DNA of 64,000 bases from Candidatus Spongiisociaceae bacterium (lineage in GTDB: Bacteria; Actinomycetota; Acidimicrobiia; Spongiisociales; Spongiisociaceae): assembly GCA_965219685.1 (NCBI GenBank), contig CBDCOH010000002.1, positions 3,680,001-3,744,000 of the forward strand, read 5' to 3'. The position numbers and the translations under genes are program-made. Below, in pieces: positions 28,146 through 38,394 of the stretch (within the stretch, counting starts at the first letter, position 1; every line of letters starts with the position of its first letter). Below the pieces are notes generated by a model. The model made no database searches. It was not told the DNA's origin and saw only the letters and a program-made list of their open reading frames with translations.

Positions 28146-29372
28146 ATGTACCTGTCCAGACACATTGACGGTCGGCTGGGCCACCTGCTGAGCGTGCATC
28201 CGGCTTGCCTGATCCAAGGCATCAGGGGAGTGGGCAAGACGACCACGGCGACTCGTCTGGCGGCGTCGGTGTTACGGCTCGACCATCCGCCCACCGCGGC
28301 GGAAGTGTCCGCCGATCCGGAAGCGGTTTGCATATCCCTGCCGGAACCCTTGCTCATCGACGAGTGGCATAGGGTTCCGGAGGTGTGGGATGCGGTGCGC
28401 CGCATGATCGACGCCGATCGTAGACACGGCCGGTTCCTGCTGAGCGGATCCTCCCGGACCGCGGTCGGCGCCGATATCCACGCCGGCGCGGGGCGGATTC
28501 TGGCATTGCGGTTGCGACCCATGACCCTGTCGGAGAGGCAGGGCCGGGTTCCGGTGGTCGACCTCGGGGACTTGGCGGAACACGGGATCGAAGCAGTGCG
28601 AGGCGCCCGCTCCCCGTTCTCGCCGTCCGAGCAGACGGCCCCTGCGACCCACTCGGGCCTACCCGGTTATCTGGGCCTGAAGGCTGCGGACCATCAGGAA
28701 GTCCTGCGCTCCTACCTGGACCTGGCCATCGCGCGCGACCTTGCCGAGATATCCTCAGCAGCGCGCAACGCACCCAAGCTACGCCGTTATGTGCGGGCCT
28801 ACGCGGCCGCTGTCGCAACCACCGCCGACCACAGCACCATCTATCGAGCGGCCGACCTCGCCAAGGCGACCGGCCAGACCTACCACGATCTGCTCGACCG
28901 CCTCGGGCTCGTCGAGGAACTGCCCGGTTGGTCGAGCAACCACTTCAAGCGCCTGACAAAGAGGCCCAAGAGGCACTTGGTGGATCCGGCGTTCGCGGCG
29001 GCCGACCACCACGAGACGCCCGACATCCTTCGCCGTCTCCGTAGACGGTTGGGCGCTCTCTTCGAGAGTGTGGTCGTCTGCCAAATCAGGGCGACCGCTG
29101 AAGCTCGTGGGCTGGGTTGGAGGTTCGGCCACCTGAGGTCGGCCGGTGCGGATCATGAGGTCGACCTGATCGCCGACCTGCCCGGTGGAGGCGTCGTGGC
29201 GTTCGAGGCGAAGCTCGGCGAAGTGGTCTCAGCCGCCGCCGCCCGCCATCTTGCCGTACTCCGAGACTCGCTCGGCGAGCGCTTCCGCGCTGGATTGGTG
29301 GTGCATCCCGGAACGGTGGCGGTCCGGGTCGACCGCCGCATCGCCGCCGTTCCGCTCGGCGTTCTGGTGTGA
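28146..29372 (+). CDS. AAA_14 ATPase with DUF4143/PD-(D/E)XK C-terminus
   Basis: Walker A GIRGVGKTT, Walker B LLIDEW, FLLSGS, GR..LRPMTLSE and EVDL...FEAK. Confidence 0.85.
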   Translation: MYLSRHIDGRLGHLLSVHPACLIQGIRGVGKTTTATRLAASVLRLDHPPTAAEVSADPEAVCISLPEPLLIDEWHRVPEVWDAVRRMIDADRRHGRFLLSGSSRTAVGADIHAGAGRILALRLRPMTLSERQGRVPVVDLGDLAEHGIEAVRGARSPFSPSEQTAPATHSGLPGYLGLKAADHQEVLRSYLDLAIARDLAEISSAARNAPKLRRYVRAYAAAVATTADHSTIYRAADLAKATGQTYHDLLDRLGLVEELPGWSSNHFKRLTKRPKRHLVDPAFAAADHHETPDILRRLRRRLGALFESVVVCQIRATAEARGLGWRFGHLRSAGADHEVDLIADLPGGGVVAFEAKLGEVVSAAAARHLAVLRDSLGERFRAGLVVHPGTVAVRVDRRIAAVPLGVLV

Positions 29373-29508
29373 TAGGAGTTCAGCCCGACGGTAAGTAGGC
29401 GGCCGCTCCGATGCCTTTTAGCCTGACTGCGGCGAACGTAGGCTGTGTATCCTGCGACCACCCGGCCCCCGGCGCGGCAGGCCGGAATATCAAGGCGAGG
29501 GACACGGA

Positions 29509-30381
29509 ATGGTCGGACCGGACGAGAGCCGATTTAGGCGGATGCTCCGCGGCGGCCCCGCCGATCGAGTTCTCGCCTGGATACGGAGGCCGGGTCGTTC
29601 CAGCCGGGTTGTGCGGGCACTGTTCGTGCCGGCGTTGTTGCTGGTGATCTGGGCCGCCATCACCAACCTCGGTCTCGTCAAGCCCATCCTCCTTCCGACA
29701 CCCCAGAAGCTCTTCTCGGTGTGGTGGGCGATCGGGGACCTGATTCCCGCGGCTTTCTGGATCACTTTGCAGATGGTGCTGACCGGCATCGTCGTCGGTG
29801 GGTTGGCGGGACTCGGTTTCGGGCTCGTGTTCGGATACAGCCGATGGGCAAGGGACCTGCTGGAGTTCTCCTTCGATGGATTGCGAGTGGTCCCGATCTT
29901 TGCCCTGATCCCCCTGTTCCTGCTCTGGTTCGGGATCGGGATGCGGCCCCAGATCGCCCTCGTGACCCTGGGTGTGATGCTGATCCTCACCATCCAGACC
30001 ACTGAGGCGGTTCGCAACGTGCTGCACATACATGTGCAGGCCGCCCTTACGGCGGGGGCGTCCCGGTTCCACATCTACCGCACGGTGGTCGTGCCGTCGA
30101 TCATCCCCCACATACTGGCCGGATTGCGCCTGGCGGTGATGGCCGCGTGGGGACTCGACGTGGCCGCCGAGTTCATGGGGTCGGTCCAGGGCCTCGGCTT
30201 CCTGATGCTCGCCGGGCTGGTCAACCTCGACTCCGCCCGCATCATTGCCATGGTGATCCTCTTCGCGCTGCTGGCCATAGGTTCCGACTTCCTGCTGAGA
30301 GCGTTGATCAAGCGAACCCTGAGGTGGGCGCAGCGATCCACCGGCGGCGGCCTGGTGGCGGAAGTGCTAGGTACGAGGTGA
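29509..30381 (+). CDS. ABC transporter permease (NitT/TauT)
   Basis: LLPTP, PIFALIPLFLLWFG, EAA-loop equivalent AALTAGAS, and VAAEF. Confidence 0.88.
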   Translation: MVGPDESRFRRMLRGGPADRVLAWIRRPGRSSRVVRALFVPALLLVIWAAITNLGLVKPILLPTPQKLFSVWWAIGDLIPAAFWITLQMVLTGIVVGGLAGLGFGLVFGYSRWARDLLEFSFDGLRVVPIFALIPLFLLWFGIGMRPQIALVTLGVMLILTIQTTEAVRNVLHIHVQAALTAGASRFHIYRTVVVPSIIPHILAGLRLAVMAAWGLDVAAEFMGSVQGLGFLMLAGLVNLDSARIIAMVILFALLAIGSDFLLRALIKRTLRWAQRSTGGGLVAEVLGTR

Positions 30382-30388
30382 CAGGCCC

Positions 30389-31288
30389 ATGAGACTGAAA
30401 CGTCGGCGCAACAGGGCGGCCCGTCCCGGGATGGTGCTGGGTGACCAGCGGGTCTTGGGCGGCACCCGCTTGCGTTCGGTCGTCCGGGCCCTGCTCGTCC
30501 CGCTCGGTGTGCTGCTGATCTGGTACGCGGTCACCAACGCCGGGTGGATAGGTCCCGAGTACCTGCCGCCCCCGCAGAGGCTCGTCGAAGTCTTCAGTAC
30601 CGGGTTCCACTACCTGGCCGGCAAGAGAGTTCCCTTCGCCGACGGCGTCTACGACGCGACCTGGATCAGCACCCGGATGGTGCTGCTCGGGTTGGCGATC
30701 GGCACCCCTCCGGGCCTGCTGGTAGGGCTCGCCTTCGGTTACAGCCGCCTGATGCGCGACCTTCTGGAGTTCACTCTGGATGCCATCCGTCCCACTCCCC
30801 TGCTGGCGCTGCTCCCACTGTTCCTGCTGTGGTTCGGCTCCGACCCTTCGACCGGTGTGGCTCTGATCGCCTTCGGGGTGTTCCTGATCCTCACGATCCA
30901 GGTCACCGAGGCGGTCCGCAACGTCCCCCACATCTACGTGAGAGCCTCCCTGACCGCGGGCGCCTCGCGGTTCCACATCTACCGGACGGTGGTGGTTCCC
31001 GCCATCCTGCCGCACATGATGGCCGGCTTCCGGCTGGCGGTGGTGGTGTCCTGGGGCCTGGTGGTGGCGGCAGAGTTCATGGGCGCCGGTGTCGGGCTTG
31101 GATGGTTGATGATCGGCCGGAGCCGGTACCTGGACAACGCCGGGATACTCGTGATCGTCTTCATCTTTGCGGCGCTGGCGATACTGAGCGACTTCCTTCT
31201 GCGCGCCGCCGCCAAGCGCTTCACCCGTTGGAGTCCCAGAGCCACAGGATCCGTCAGCATGGTCGGTGAGATGCTCGGCTCGCGATGA
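30389..31288 (+). CDS. ABC transporter permease (NitT/TauT)
   Basis: Tandem paralog of the preceding gene with the same motifs. Confidence 0.88.
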   Translation: MRLKRRRNRAARPGMVLGDQRVLGGTRLRSVVRALLVPLGVLLIWYAVTNAGWIGPEYLPPPQRLVEVFSTGFHYLAGKRVPFADGVYDATWISTRMVLLGLAIGTPPGLLVGLAFGYSRLMRDLLEFTLDAIRPTPLLALLPLFLLWFGSDPSTGVALIAFGVFLILTIQVTEAVRNVPHIYVRASLTAGASRFHIYRTVVVPAILPHMMAGFRLAVVVSWGLVVAAEFMGAGVGLGWLMIGRSRYLDNAGILVIVFIFAALAILSDFLLRAAAKRFTRWSPRATGSVSMVGEMLGSR

Positions 31289-31327
31289 GGGCAGCGTCAA
31301 ACCCGGAGTCACGTCTAGAGGAGTGGG

Positions 31328-34300
31328 TTGGCGTTGGGTAGCCGCGTGGGGGCCGATGTCGGCGGCACGTTCACCGATGTGATCGTCGAGGGACCCGACG
31401 GCCGTACCACCACGCTCAAGGTACTGTCCACGCCCCCCTCGTACGACAAGGCGGTCACCGTCGCCATAGACGCCTTGCTGGGGGACTCGCATGGCTCGGC
31501 CCTCCGGCCGGTGCAGGAGGTCGTCCACGGGACAACCGTCGCCACGAATGCCATCCTGGAGCGAAGGGGTGCCCACATGGCACTGGTCACCACCGAGGGT
31601 TTCCGTGACGTGCTGGAACTGCGCCGGGTCCGGATGCCACACCTCTACAACCCGTTCTGGCGCAAGCCGCCGCCGATTGTCGAGCGCCGTCTCCGGTTCG
31701 AGATCGGCGAACGGATGCTGGCCGACGGGACGGCCCACCGCCCGGTCGATGAGGAAGAAGTGGCCCATGTGGCCGCCCGGCTGCGAGACGAGCAGGTAGA
31801 GGCGGTGGCGGTGTGCCTGCTTCACGCCCACAAGCACCCGGCCCACGAGGAACAGGTGGCCCGGATACTCAGGCGCGAGCTTCCCGGTATCCATGTCGTG
31901 CTGTCCAGCGAGGTCCTGCGGGAGCAGAACGAGTACGAGCGGTCGGCGACCACAGCCCTCAACGCCTACGTCATCCCGATCATGGGTTCCTACGTGCGCG
32001 ATCTCGTGGACGGCCTTAAGGGAATCGGGGTGGACGCGCCTGTCCTGATCATGCAGTCCTCCGGTGGCGCGATGACCGCCGCCGACGCGGCCCGGCGACC
32101 GGTGTACGCGCTCGAGTCCGGGCCCGCCGCCGGGGTGGTGGCTGCCCAGGGGCTGGCCAGGGAACTGGGAATCGAGAATGCCATCTCCTTCGATATGGGT
32201 GGCACCACCGCCAAGGCGTCGCTCATCGAGGAAGGTCGGGTCACTCTCAGCAGGGAGTACGAGGTGGGGGCGGACCTCTCGGTGGGCACGAGGCTGCTGC
32301 GAGGCTCCGGGGAGTTGCTGAGGGTGCCGAGCATCGACATCGCCGAGGTCGGGGCGGGCGGAGGGAGTATCGCCTGGGTCGATTCGGCCGGTGGTCTGCA
32401 GGTAGGTCCCCGCAGCGCCGGCGCGGTCCCCGGTCCTGCCTGCTACGGCCTGGGAGGTGACGCCCCGACAGTCACCGACGCCAACGTGGTGCTCGGCTAC
32501 GTGCGGTCCGGACCGCTCGCCGGGGACGCGGTCTCGATATCGCCCGATCTGGCTCGGCGGGCGGTCGAGACGGTGGCCGATCCGCTCGCCATCCCGCTGG
32601 CCGAGGCCGCCCGTGGTGTCCACGATCTGGCCAACGCAAGGATGATGCGGGCTCTCCGGGCCGTGTCGTCCGAACGGGGACGCGATCCCAGGGAGTTCGC
32701 GCTGATAGCCTTCGGCGGAGCTGGCCCGATCCACGCCGCCAGCCTGGCCACGGAGTTGGGGATCGACACGGTGGTGGTGCCTCCCAATGCGGGGGTGTTC
32801 TCGGCGGCCGGCCTGCTCTACGCCCGGCCCGAGTACCACGACGTACGGTTCTGCGAGTTGGATGCCCGGGATCCGTCGGTCGTCACCACCATTTCCCGAC
32901 TCTTCGATGAACTGGAATCGCAACTCGCGTCGAGCATCGCCGGTGGGGTCATCGAGTGGGTTCGGTCGGCCGATGTGCGCTACAAGGGCCAGAGCTTCGA
33001 CATCGAGGTGACGACTACGGACACGGAGATGACCGCGGCGGCGCTGGTGGATCTGGTCGAGGCCTTCGAGGACCGCCACGAGCAACTGTACGGCGTGCGC
33101 AAGGATCCGGATGACCCGATCCAGGTGCGAGCGGTCCGCCTCGCTGCCCTCGGACCCCTACCGCGAACCGGGCGCGTCTCGGAAGGTGAAGTTCGCTCCG
33201 GTCCGAGCCCGGGAACCGGCCGGCCGGATGGCTCTCGCCCTGCTCTCTTCGCCCTCGCCGACGGCTACCTGGACGCCCCGGTACGGAGCCGGAGGGACGA
33301 CGTCGGCCCTGACGGGATGGCCGGTCCGCTCCTCATTGACGAGTACGACACCACGATCGTCGTACCTCCCGGCTGGATCGCCCGGTGGCACGACTCGGGG
33401 GCTCTTTACCTGGCCCGCCAAGAGGTCGGCAAGGCGGCGGTGGAGCACACCGATGTCGTCACCCGCCAGATCGTGGCGAACGCTCTGGCATCGGCAGCGG
33501 ACGAGATGGCCACCACCATCTTCCGGACCGCCCACTCCACCGTGGTCCGGGACGCCATGGACTTCTCGGCCGCTCTTCTCGGTCCCGACGCCCAGACCGT
33601 GGCGCAGGCGGTGACCATCCCCTTCCACCTCGGAGCCGTGCCCACCGCGGTCGCGGCCCTGCTGGCCCGGTTCCGGGACAGGATGCGGCCCGGTGATGTC
33701 TTCATAATGAACGACCCGTTCGACGGCGGGATGCACCTGCCCGATGTCTTCGTCATCAAACCGGTCTACTACGAGGACACCCTCATCGGCTACGGCGTCG
33801 CCACCGCCCACCACGGTGACATCGGCGGCCGCTTGCTCGGCAGCTCCGCGACCGACAACACCGAGGTGTTCCAGGACGGTCTCCGTATCCCGTGGATGCA
33901 CCTGTACAAGGAGGGACGCCCGGTGGAGGAGGTCCACGCCCTCATCAGGGCCAATGTGCGCGTGCCCCACATGTTGTTCGGGGATCTCGGCGCGCAGGTG
34001 GCTGCCTGCTCGGTGGGCGAACGGGCGTTGCAGGCCATGGTCGAGCGGTACGGGATCGAGCGGTTGGCCGAATTGATGGACGGGCTCATCGACTACACCG
34101 AGGCTCTGATGCGCCGGGAGATCTCCTCCTGGCCCGACGGGACCGCCAGCTTCACCGACTACATGGACTCCGACGGCATCGAGAGCCGCGATGTGGCCAT
34201 CAGCGTGAAGGTGACGATCGACCGCGACGAGGTAGAGGTCGATCTCTCAGACTCGGACCCCATGGTGGCCGGCTCTCTCAACGCCACCCGTTCCTTCATC

Positions 34301-35161
34301 ATCGCTACCGCGTACCACTGCGTCATGTCAGCGTCCGCTTCGGAGTTCCCCAACACCGCAGGGGCCTTCCGCCCGGTGCGCATCGTCACCAAGCCTGGGA
34401 CCGTCACCCACGCGGTCTATCCGGGCGCGAACTCGATGAGGGGCGTCACCGGCTTCCGGGCGTTCGACGCCATCAACGGCGCCCTGGCCCAGCTGGTTCC
34501 GGACCGGGTTCCCGCTGCGGGGGAGGGCGGAAACACCGTGGTGATACTCGGGGGTCATCACGAGGACGGGGAGCCGTTCGTCTACTTCGAGTTGCTGGTC
34601 GGCACCTGGGGAGCCACACCCGGGAACGACGGGAACGACGGGCTCAGCAACCCGATCGCCACGGCGGCCAACGTCCCGATCGAGGTCGCCGAGGCCGAGT
34701 TCCCGATCATCATCGAGCGGTACGGCCTGGTTCCCGACAGCGGAGGCGCCGGCCTCCACCGTGGAGGCCTGGGTCTCCAGAAGTCGTGGCGACCGCTGGT
34801 GCCCACTTCCCTGCTGATCCGATCCGACCGACAGCGCCACCCGCCCTTCGGCCTGATGGGCGGAGCGCCGGGCGGCTTTTCCAGCAACACCGTCTACCGG
34901 CTGTCCGGGGATGAACAGGTGTTTCCGCCCATGTTCAGCGACGGTCTCGCCGCCGGCGAGCGATACCACCATGTCCAAGCGGGCGGGGGCGGCTGGGGAG
35001 ATCCCATGGAGCGGGATCCCGAGCGGGTGGCCGACGACGTGCGGAACGGGAAAGTCGATCGCAGAGCGGCGCTGCGTTACTACGGGGTGGTCCTCGACGA
35101 TGGATACTCGGTGGATGCGAAGGCCACCGCCTCCGCCCGCCTGGAGATGAGGTACCGGTGA
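31328..35161 (+). CDS. Fused hydantoinase A/B (5-oxoprolinase/N-methylhydantoinase family)
   Basis: ADVGGTFTD, HGTTVATNA, ESGPAAG, DMGGTT; B half has NDPFDGGMHLPD, HHGDIGG and GGGGWGDP. Confidence 0.93.
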   Translation: MALGSRVGADVGGTFTDVIVEGPDGRTTTLKVLSTPPSYDKAVTVAIDALLGDSHGSALRPVQEVVHGTTVATNAILERRGAHMALVTTEGFRDVLELRRVRMPHLYNPFWRKPPPIVERRLRFEIGERMLADGTAHRPVDEEEVAHVAARLRDEQVEAVAVCLLHAHKHPAHEEQVARILRRELPGIHVVLSSEVLREQNEYERSATTALNAYVIPIMGSYVRDLVDGLKGIGVDAPVLIMQSSGGAMTAADAARRPVYALESGPAAGVVAAQGLARELGIENAISFDMGGTTAKASLIEEGRVTLSREYEVGADLSVGTRLLRGSGELLRVPSIDIAEVGAGGGSIAWVDSAGGLQVGPRSAGAVPGPACYGLGGDAPTVTDANVVLGYVRSGPLAGDAVSISPDLARRAVETVADPLAIPLAEAARGVHDLANARMMRALRAVSSERGRDPREFALIAFGGAGPIHAASLATELGIDTVVVPPNAGVFSAAGLLYARPEYHDVRFCELDARDPSVVTTISRLFDELESQLASSIAGGVIEWVRSADVRYKGQSFDIEVTTTDTEMTAAALVDLVEAFEDRHEQLYGVRKDPDDPIQVRAVRLAALGPLPRTGRVSEGEVRSGPSPGTGRPDGSRPALFALADGYLDAPVRSRRDDVGPDGMAGPLLIDEYDTTIVVPPGWIARWHDSGALYLARQEVGKAAVEHTDVVTRQIVANALASAADEMATTIFRTAHSTVVRDAMDFSAALLGPDAQTVAQAVTIPFHLGAVPTAVAALLARFRDRMRPGDVFIMNDPFDGGMHLPDVFVIKPVYYEDTLIGYGVATAHHGDIGGRLLGSSATDNTEVFQDGLRIPWMHLYKEGRPVEEVHALIRANVRVPHMLFGDLGAQVAACSVGERALQAMVERYGIERLAELMDGLIDYTEALMRREISSWPDGTASFTDYMDSDGIESRDVAISVKVTIDRDEVEVDLSDSDPMVAGSLNATRSFIIATAYHCVMSASASEFPNTAGAFRPVRIVTKPGTVTHAVYPGANSMRGVTGFRAFDAINGALAQLVPDRVPAAGEGGNTVVILGGHHEDGEPFVYFELLVGTWGATPGNDGNDGLSNPIATAANVPIEVAEAEFPIIIERYGLVPDSGGAGLHRGGLGLQKSWRPLVPTSLLIRSDRQRHPPFGLMGGAPGGFSSNTVYRLSGDEQVFPPMFSDGLAAGERYHHVQAGGGGWGDPMERDPERVADDVRNGKVDRRAALRYYGVVLDDGYSVDAKATASARLEMRYR

Positions 35162-35240
35162 TTGGTATAGAGCCGCTAACGGTTGCGTACACAGGTGGTA
35201 CGGCGGTAGGTTGACTGCTGATCGGAGGAGAAGAGCGACG

Positions 35241-36017
35241 ATGGACTTCAGCGGGAATGGCATGGTAAAGCTGGACGTACAGGACATCTCGATCTACTTC
35301 GATGATCTGCATGTTCTCGACAACATTTCCTTCCAACTCTCGGAAGGGGACTTTGTCTCACTCCTCGGTCCGAGCGGGTGCGGGAAGTCGACGCTTCTCA
35401 ACCTCGTCGCGGGTCTGCTGACCCCAACGGGGGGCACCATCAGCCGGGACGGGAGACCGGTGACGGGTCCGGGTCCCGACCGCAGCATGGTGTTCCAAGA
35501 CGATGCCGTCTTCCCCTGGTACACCGTGGTCCAGAACGTCGAATACGGTCTCAGGGTCAAGGGAGTCGAGAAGACGGAGCGGCGCGTGAAGGCTCAGGGC
35601 TTCATCGACCTGGTGGGGCTGACCGGAAGGGAGGACGCGTATCCGTACCAGTTGTCCGGCGGGATGCGCAAGCGGGTGGACGTGGCCAGAGCGCTGGCCG
35701 CCGAGCCTGATGTCTTGCTGATGGATGAGCCCTTCGCCTCCTTGGACGCCATGACCAAAACCCGTCTCCAAGTCGAGTTCCTGCGTATCTGGGAGAACTC
35801 GCGGGCAACCGTTCTTTTCGTCACGCACGATGTGGAGGAAGCGCTGTACATGAGTGAGCGGGTGTTCGTGATGTCCACCGGACCCGGCCGGCTGTTCCAC
35901 CAGACCGATGTTCCGTTTCCTCACCCCAGGGACGAGTCGCTCCGCACCAGCACTGCCTTCCAGGATCACCGCGCCGAACTCATAGACGCGCTCCACCGGG
36001 CAGGCGCGCAGTTCTAA
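35241..36017 (+). CDS. ABC transporter ATP-binding protein (NitT/TauT)
   Basis: GPSGCGKST, LSGGMRKR, MDEPF and VTHD. Confidence 0.95.
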   Translation: MDFSGNGMVKLDVQDISIYFDDLHVLDNISFQLSEGDFVSLLGPSGCGKSTLLNLVAGLLTPTGGTISRDGRPVTGPGPDRSMVFQDDAVFPWYTVVQNVEYGLRVKGVEKTERRVKAQGFIDLVGLTGREDAYPYQLSGGMRKRVDVARALAAEPDVLLMDEPFASLDAMTKTRLQVEFLRIWENSRATVLFVTHDVEEALYMSERVFVMSTGPGRLFHQTDVPFPHPRDESLRTSTAFQDHRAELIDALHRAGAQF

Positions 36018-36076
36018 TGGTCCGCCTGCGAATGCCAAGCGACCGTTTGCACAGAGGCCACTAGCCAGGAGAGGAG

Positions 36077-37135
36077 TTGAAGATGGGGATGGTCCGCACC
36101 GTTCTGGGCGAGATCCCGCCGGAGGATCTAGGAGTCACCCTCAGCCACGAGCACATCATCATCGACAGCGGCGACCTGTTCTGGGAGCCTCCCGGTCCCG
36201 ACGATCCGTCCGAGGTACAGGCTCTGGCCGAGGCCCCGGTGACCCGGGATTCCTACGAGATTCTCGCCGAGCGGCCCTACATATCCCGGGACAACCTCAA
36301 CATGACCGAACTCGACGTGGCGATCCGGGAACTTCAGATGTATGCCGACGCCGGCGGGCAGAGCATCATCGACGTGAGCGGCAAGATACCGGGTTGGTGG
36401 CCGGACGCCCTCGCGGAGGCCAGCCGCGCCACCGGCCTCAACGTGGTGGCCTCGACCGGGTGGTACATCGCACCCTCCCACCCACCGGGTCATGCCACGG
36501 CGTCGGTCGGCGAACTGGCCGAGATGCTCATCAACGACATCGAGGTGGGCATCCAGGGAACCGACATCCGGGCCGGCGTCATCGGCGAGTTGGGCATGTG
36601 CGAGCCCCTGCATCCCCAGGAGGAGAAGGTCCTCCGCGCCGGGGGGAGAGCCCAGGCCGCCACGGGGGTTCCTCTCACCGTTCACCCGATGGTCTTCATG
36701 AAGGAGGCCCATCGCTACATCGACATCCTCGAGGAGGAGGGCGCCAACCTCGACAAGGTGTACATGAGCCACATGGACGGCAGTTGCCCCGACTACAAGT
36801 ACCACGAGTCGGTGATGGATCGGGGCGTGTCGATCGACTACGACCTGTTCCGGGGAACGCCCTGGAACGACTCCCACCTGCTGTTCGGTGGCGACCACTG
36901 GGTCTCGGACCGCGAACGGGTCGAGACCCTGGCCCGGATGTGCGCCGACGGCTACAGCAACCAGTTGATGCTGGCCCACGACAACTGCTTGAAGATCCAC
37001 TTCGTGGAGTACGGCGGCAAGGGCTATGCCTACATCCTCAAGGAGATCGTGCCGCAGCTACGCGAGTTGGGGGTGACGGAGGACCAGATCGACGACATGC
37101 TGGTGAAGAACCCCCGGCGGATCTTCGCGGTCTAG
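36077..37135 (+). CDS. Phosphotriesterase-like (Php-type) amidohydrolase
   Basis: TLSHEH, STGWY, GVIGELG, VH, SHMD, AHD and NPRR. Confidence 0.9.
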   Translation: MKMGMVRTVLGEIPPEDLGVTLSHEHIIIDSGDLFWEPPGPDDPSEVQALAEAPVTRDSYEILAERPYISRDNLNMTELDVAIRELQMYADAGGQSIIDVSGKIPGWWPDALAEASRATGLNVVASTGWYIAPSHPPGHATASVGELAEMLINDIEVGIQGTDIRAGVIGELGMCEPLHPQEEKVLRAGGRAQAATGVPLTVHPMVFMKEAHRYIDILEEEGANLDKVYMSHMDGSCPDYKYHESVMDRGVSIDYDLFRGTPWNDSHLLFGGDHWVSDRERVETLARMCADGYSNQLMLAHDNCLKIHFVEYGGKGYAYILKEIVPQLRELGVTEDQIDDMLVKNPRRIFAV

Positions 37136-37166
37136 ACCTGGACGGATTGCTGACGAAGGAGGCGAC

Positions 37167-37544
37167 GTGAACCTGGGAGCGGTACTGCTCTATGCGGATG
37201 ATTTCGAGGCGATGCTCGCCTTCTACCGGGACGTCCTCGGTCTGGAAGTCATCGAGATCAACCCCGGACCCGAGTACGACGAGGGGGTCGACTTCGTTTT
37301 CCTCGACGCCGGCGGACCGGGGGTGGAGATCTTCGACCGGTCGGTCCACCCCGCCGAACTCCCGATGGCGGTCGGGGGATCGGTACGCGCCGCCTTCCAG
37401 GTGGACGACCTCAACGCCACCCGCGACGGCCTCATGGCCCGCGGGATCGCAGTGGGCGAGTTCGTTAACCGCCAATGGGGCCGCTACGTGGAACTTTGCG
37501 ATCCGGAGGACAACCCCTTGGTCATCTTCCAGGTTGCCGGCTGA
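37167..37544 (+). CDS. VOC/glyoxalase-family protein
   Basis: AFYRDVLGL, FQVDDL and WGR...DPEDN. Confidence 0.85.
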   Translation: MNLGAVLLYADDFEAMLAFYRDVLGLEVIEINPGPEYDEGVDFVFLDAGGPGVEIFDRSVHPAELPMAVGGSVRAAFQVDDLNATRDGLMARGIAVGEFVNRQWGRYVELCDPEDNPLVIFQVAG

Positions 37545-37546
37545 GC

Positions 37547-37574
37547 CTGGCGGCTGGCGGCTGGTGGCTGGCGG
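37547..37574 (+). repeat. Heptamer run (CTGGCGG/CTGGTGG) x4
   Basis: Read directly, immediately after the VOC stop. Confidence 0.7.
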
Positions 37575-37588
37575 GTATCGGTGTCGCT

Positions 37589-37879
37589 CTACAGGACCGC
37601 CGTCAGGCGCTCGACCTTGATGTGATCAGCCTTCTGCATCGCTCGGGCGAGGTCGTAGGCCGCCTGGAGTCGGTACCAGGTGTCAGGGCCTCCTCCGAAT
37701 GCCTTGTCGAGCCGGATCGCCATCTCGGGCGAAATGCCTGACCGGCAGTTGACCACATCCGACAACTGTTTGCGACTGACCCCCAGCTTCCTCGCCGCTT
37801 CGGTGACACTGAGACCGAGCGGCTCCAGGCAATCGTGGCGAACGGACAGTCCGGGGTGGGGTGGATCCTTCATAGGCAT
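37589..37879 (-). CDS. higA: HigA antitoxin (second copy)
   Basis: [10 protein letters not shown]...[18 protein letters not shown]...[10 protein letters not shown]. Confidence 0.9.
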   Translation of the reverse strand: MPMKDPPHPGLSVRHDCLEPLGLSVTEAARKLGVSRKQLSDVVNCRSGISPEMAIRLDKAFGGGPDTWYRLQAAYDLARAMQKADHIKVERLTAVL

Positions 37880-37892
37880 GTCGTCTCCTCCT

Positions 37893-38172
37893 TCAGTGGT
37901 AGTCGACCAGGTCGACGTCGGTCGCGTGGAGGCCCTCAAACCGGCACACGATCCGCCAGTTGGCGGACACCCTTACGGACCAGTAACCGGAGCGGTCCCC
38001 TTTCAACGGATGGAGCCGGAAACCGGGAAGATCCATGTTCAATGGGGCCGGTCGCCTGATCGAGACGCGCCAAGATCCGTTCGACCTTGGAAACGTGCGC
38101 GGGCGGCATGCGGTGTCGGTCTCCCCTTTCGTAGAGCAGTTTCAGGCCCCCGTGCCGGAAGTGGATGATCAC
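37893..38172 (-). pseudogene. higB: HigB toxin, +1 frameshift
   Basis: N-half IIHFRHGGLKLLYERGD...LARLDQA and C-half [29 protein letters not shown]...VDLVDYH lie in different frames. Span 280 nt (3n+1); 4-G run at 38044-38047. Confidence 0.82.
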
Positions 38173-38187
38173 CCGGGTAGTGTAACG

Positions 38188-38206
38188 TGTCACCACTCAG
38201 GTGACA
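38188..38206. promoter_or_regulatory. Palindromic operator upstream of higBA-2
   Basis: TGTCACC-ACTCA-GGTGACA perfect inverted repeat 16 nt upstream of the higB start. Confidence 0.6.
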
Positions 38207-38394
38207 ATAGTATCCGAGATTGCCCATCCAACCTCGAAGCTGAGGGAGTCCTGCGGCGGCTCCTTGGTCATCTTGGGGGGCAGAAGCCTGAACTTGGCAG
38301 CTCGCGGCCAGCCGGTCAACGGTGCAATTGGCAGGCTGTCCCGACAGTAGCGGGGTTATAGTTCGCGAGCGGCGGCGGTTCCGGGAGGTCGGCA

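Noticed and set aside
30308-33085. 925-aa minus-strand ORF, and similar long antisense ORFs (5252-6937, 21762-23261, 24893-26137, 39311-40846)
   Set aside because: They lie wholly antisense to genes with clear family motifs and have no motifs of their own; typical high-GC shadow ORFs.
35175-35186. LacI-like operator GCTAACGGTTGC (weaker look-alikes near 36040 and 42640)
   Set aside because: Imperfect, inconsistent between sites and far from the LacI gene; cannot be supported without motif statistics.
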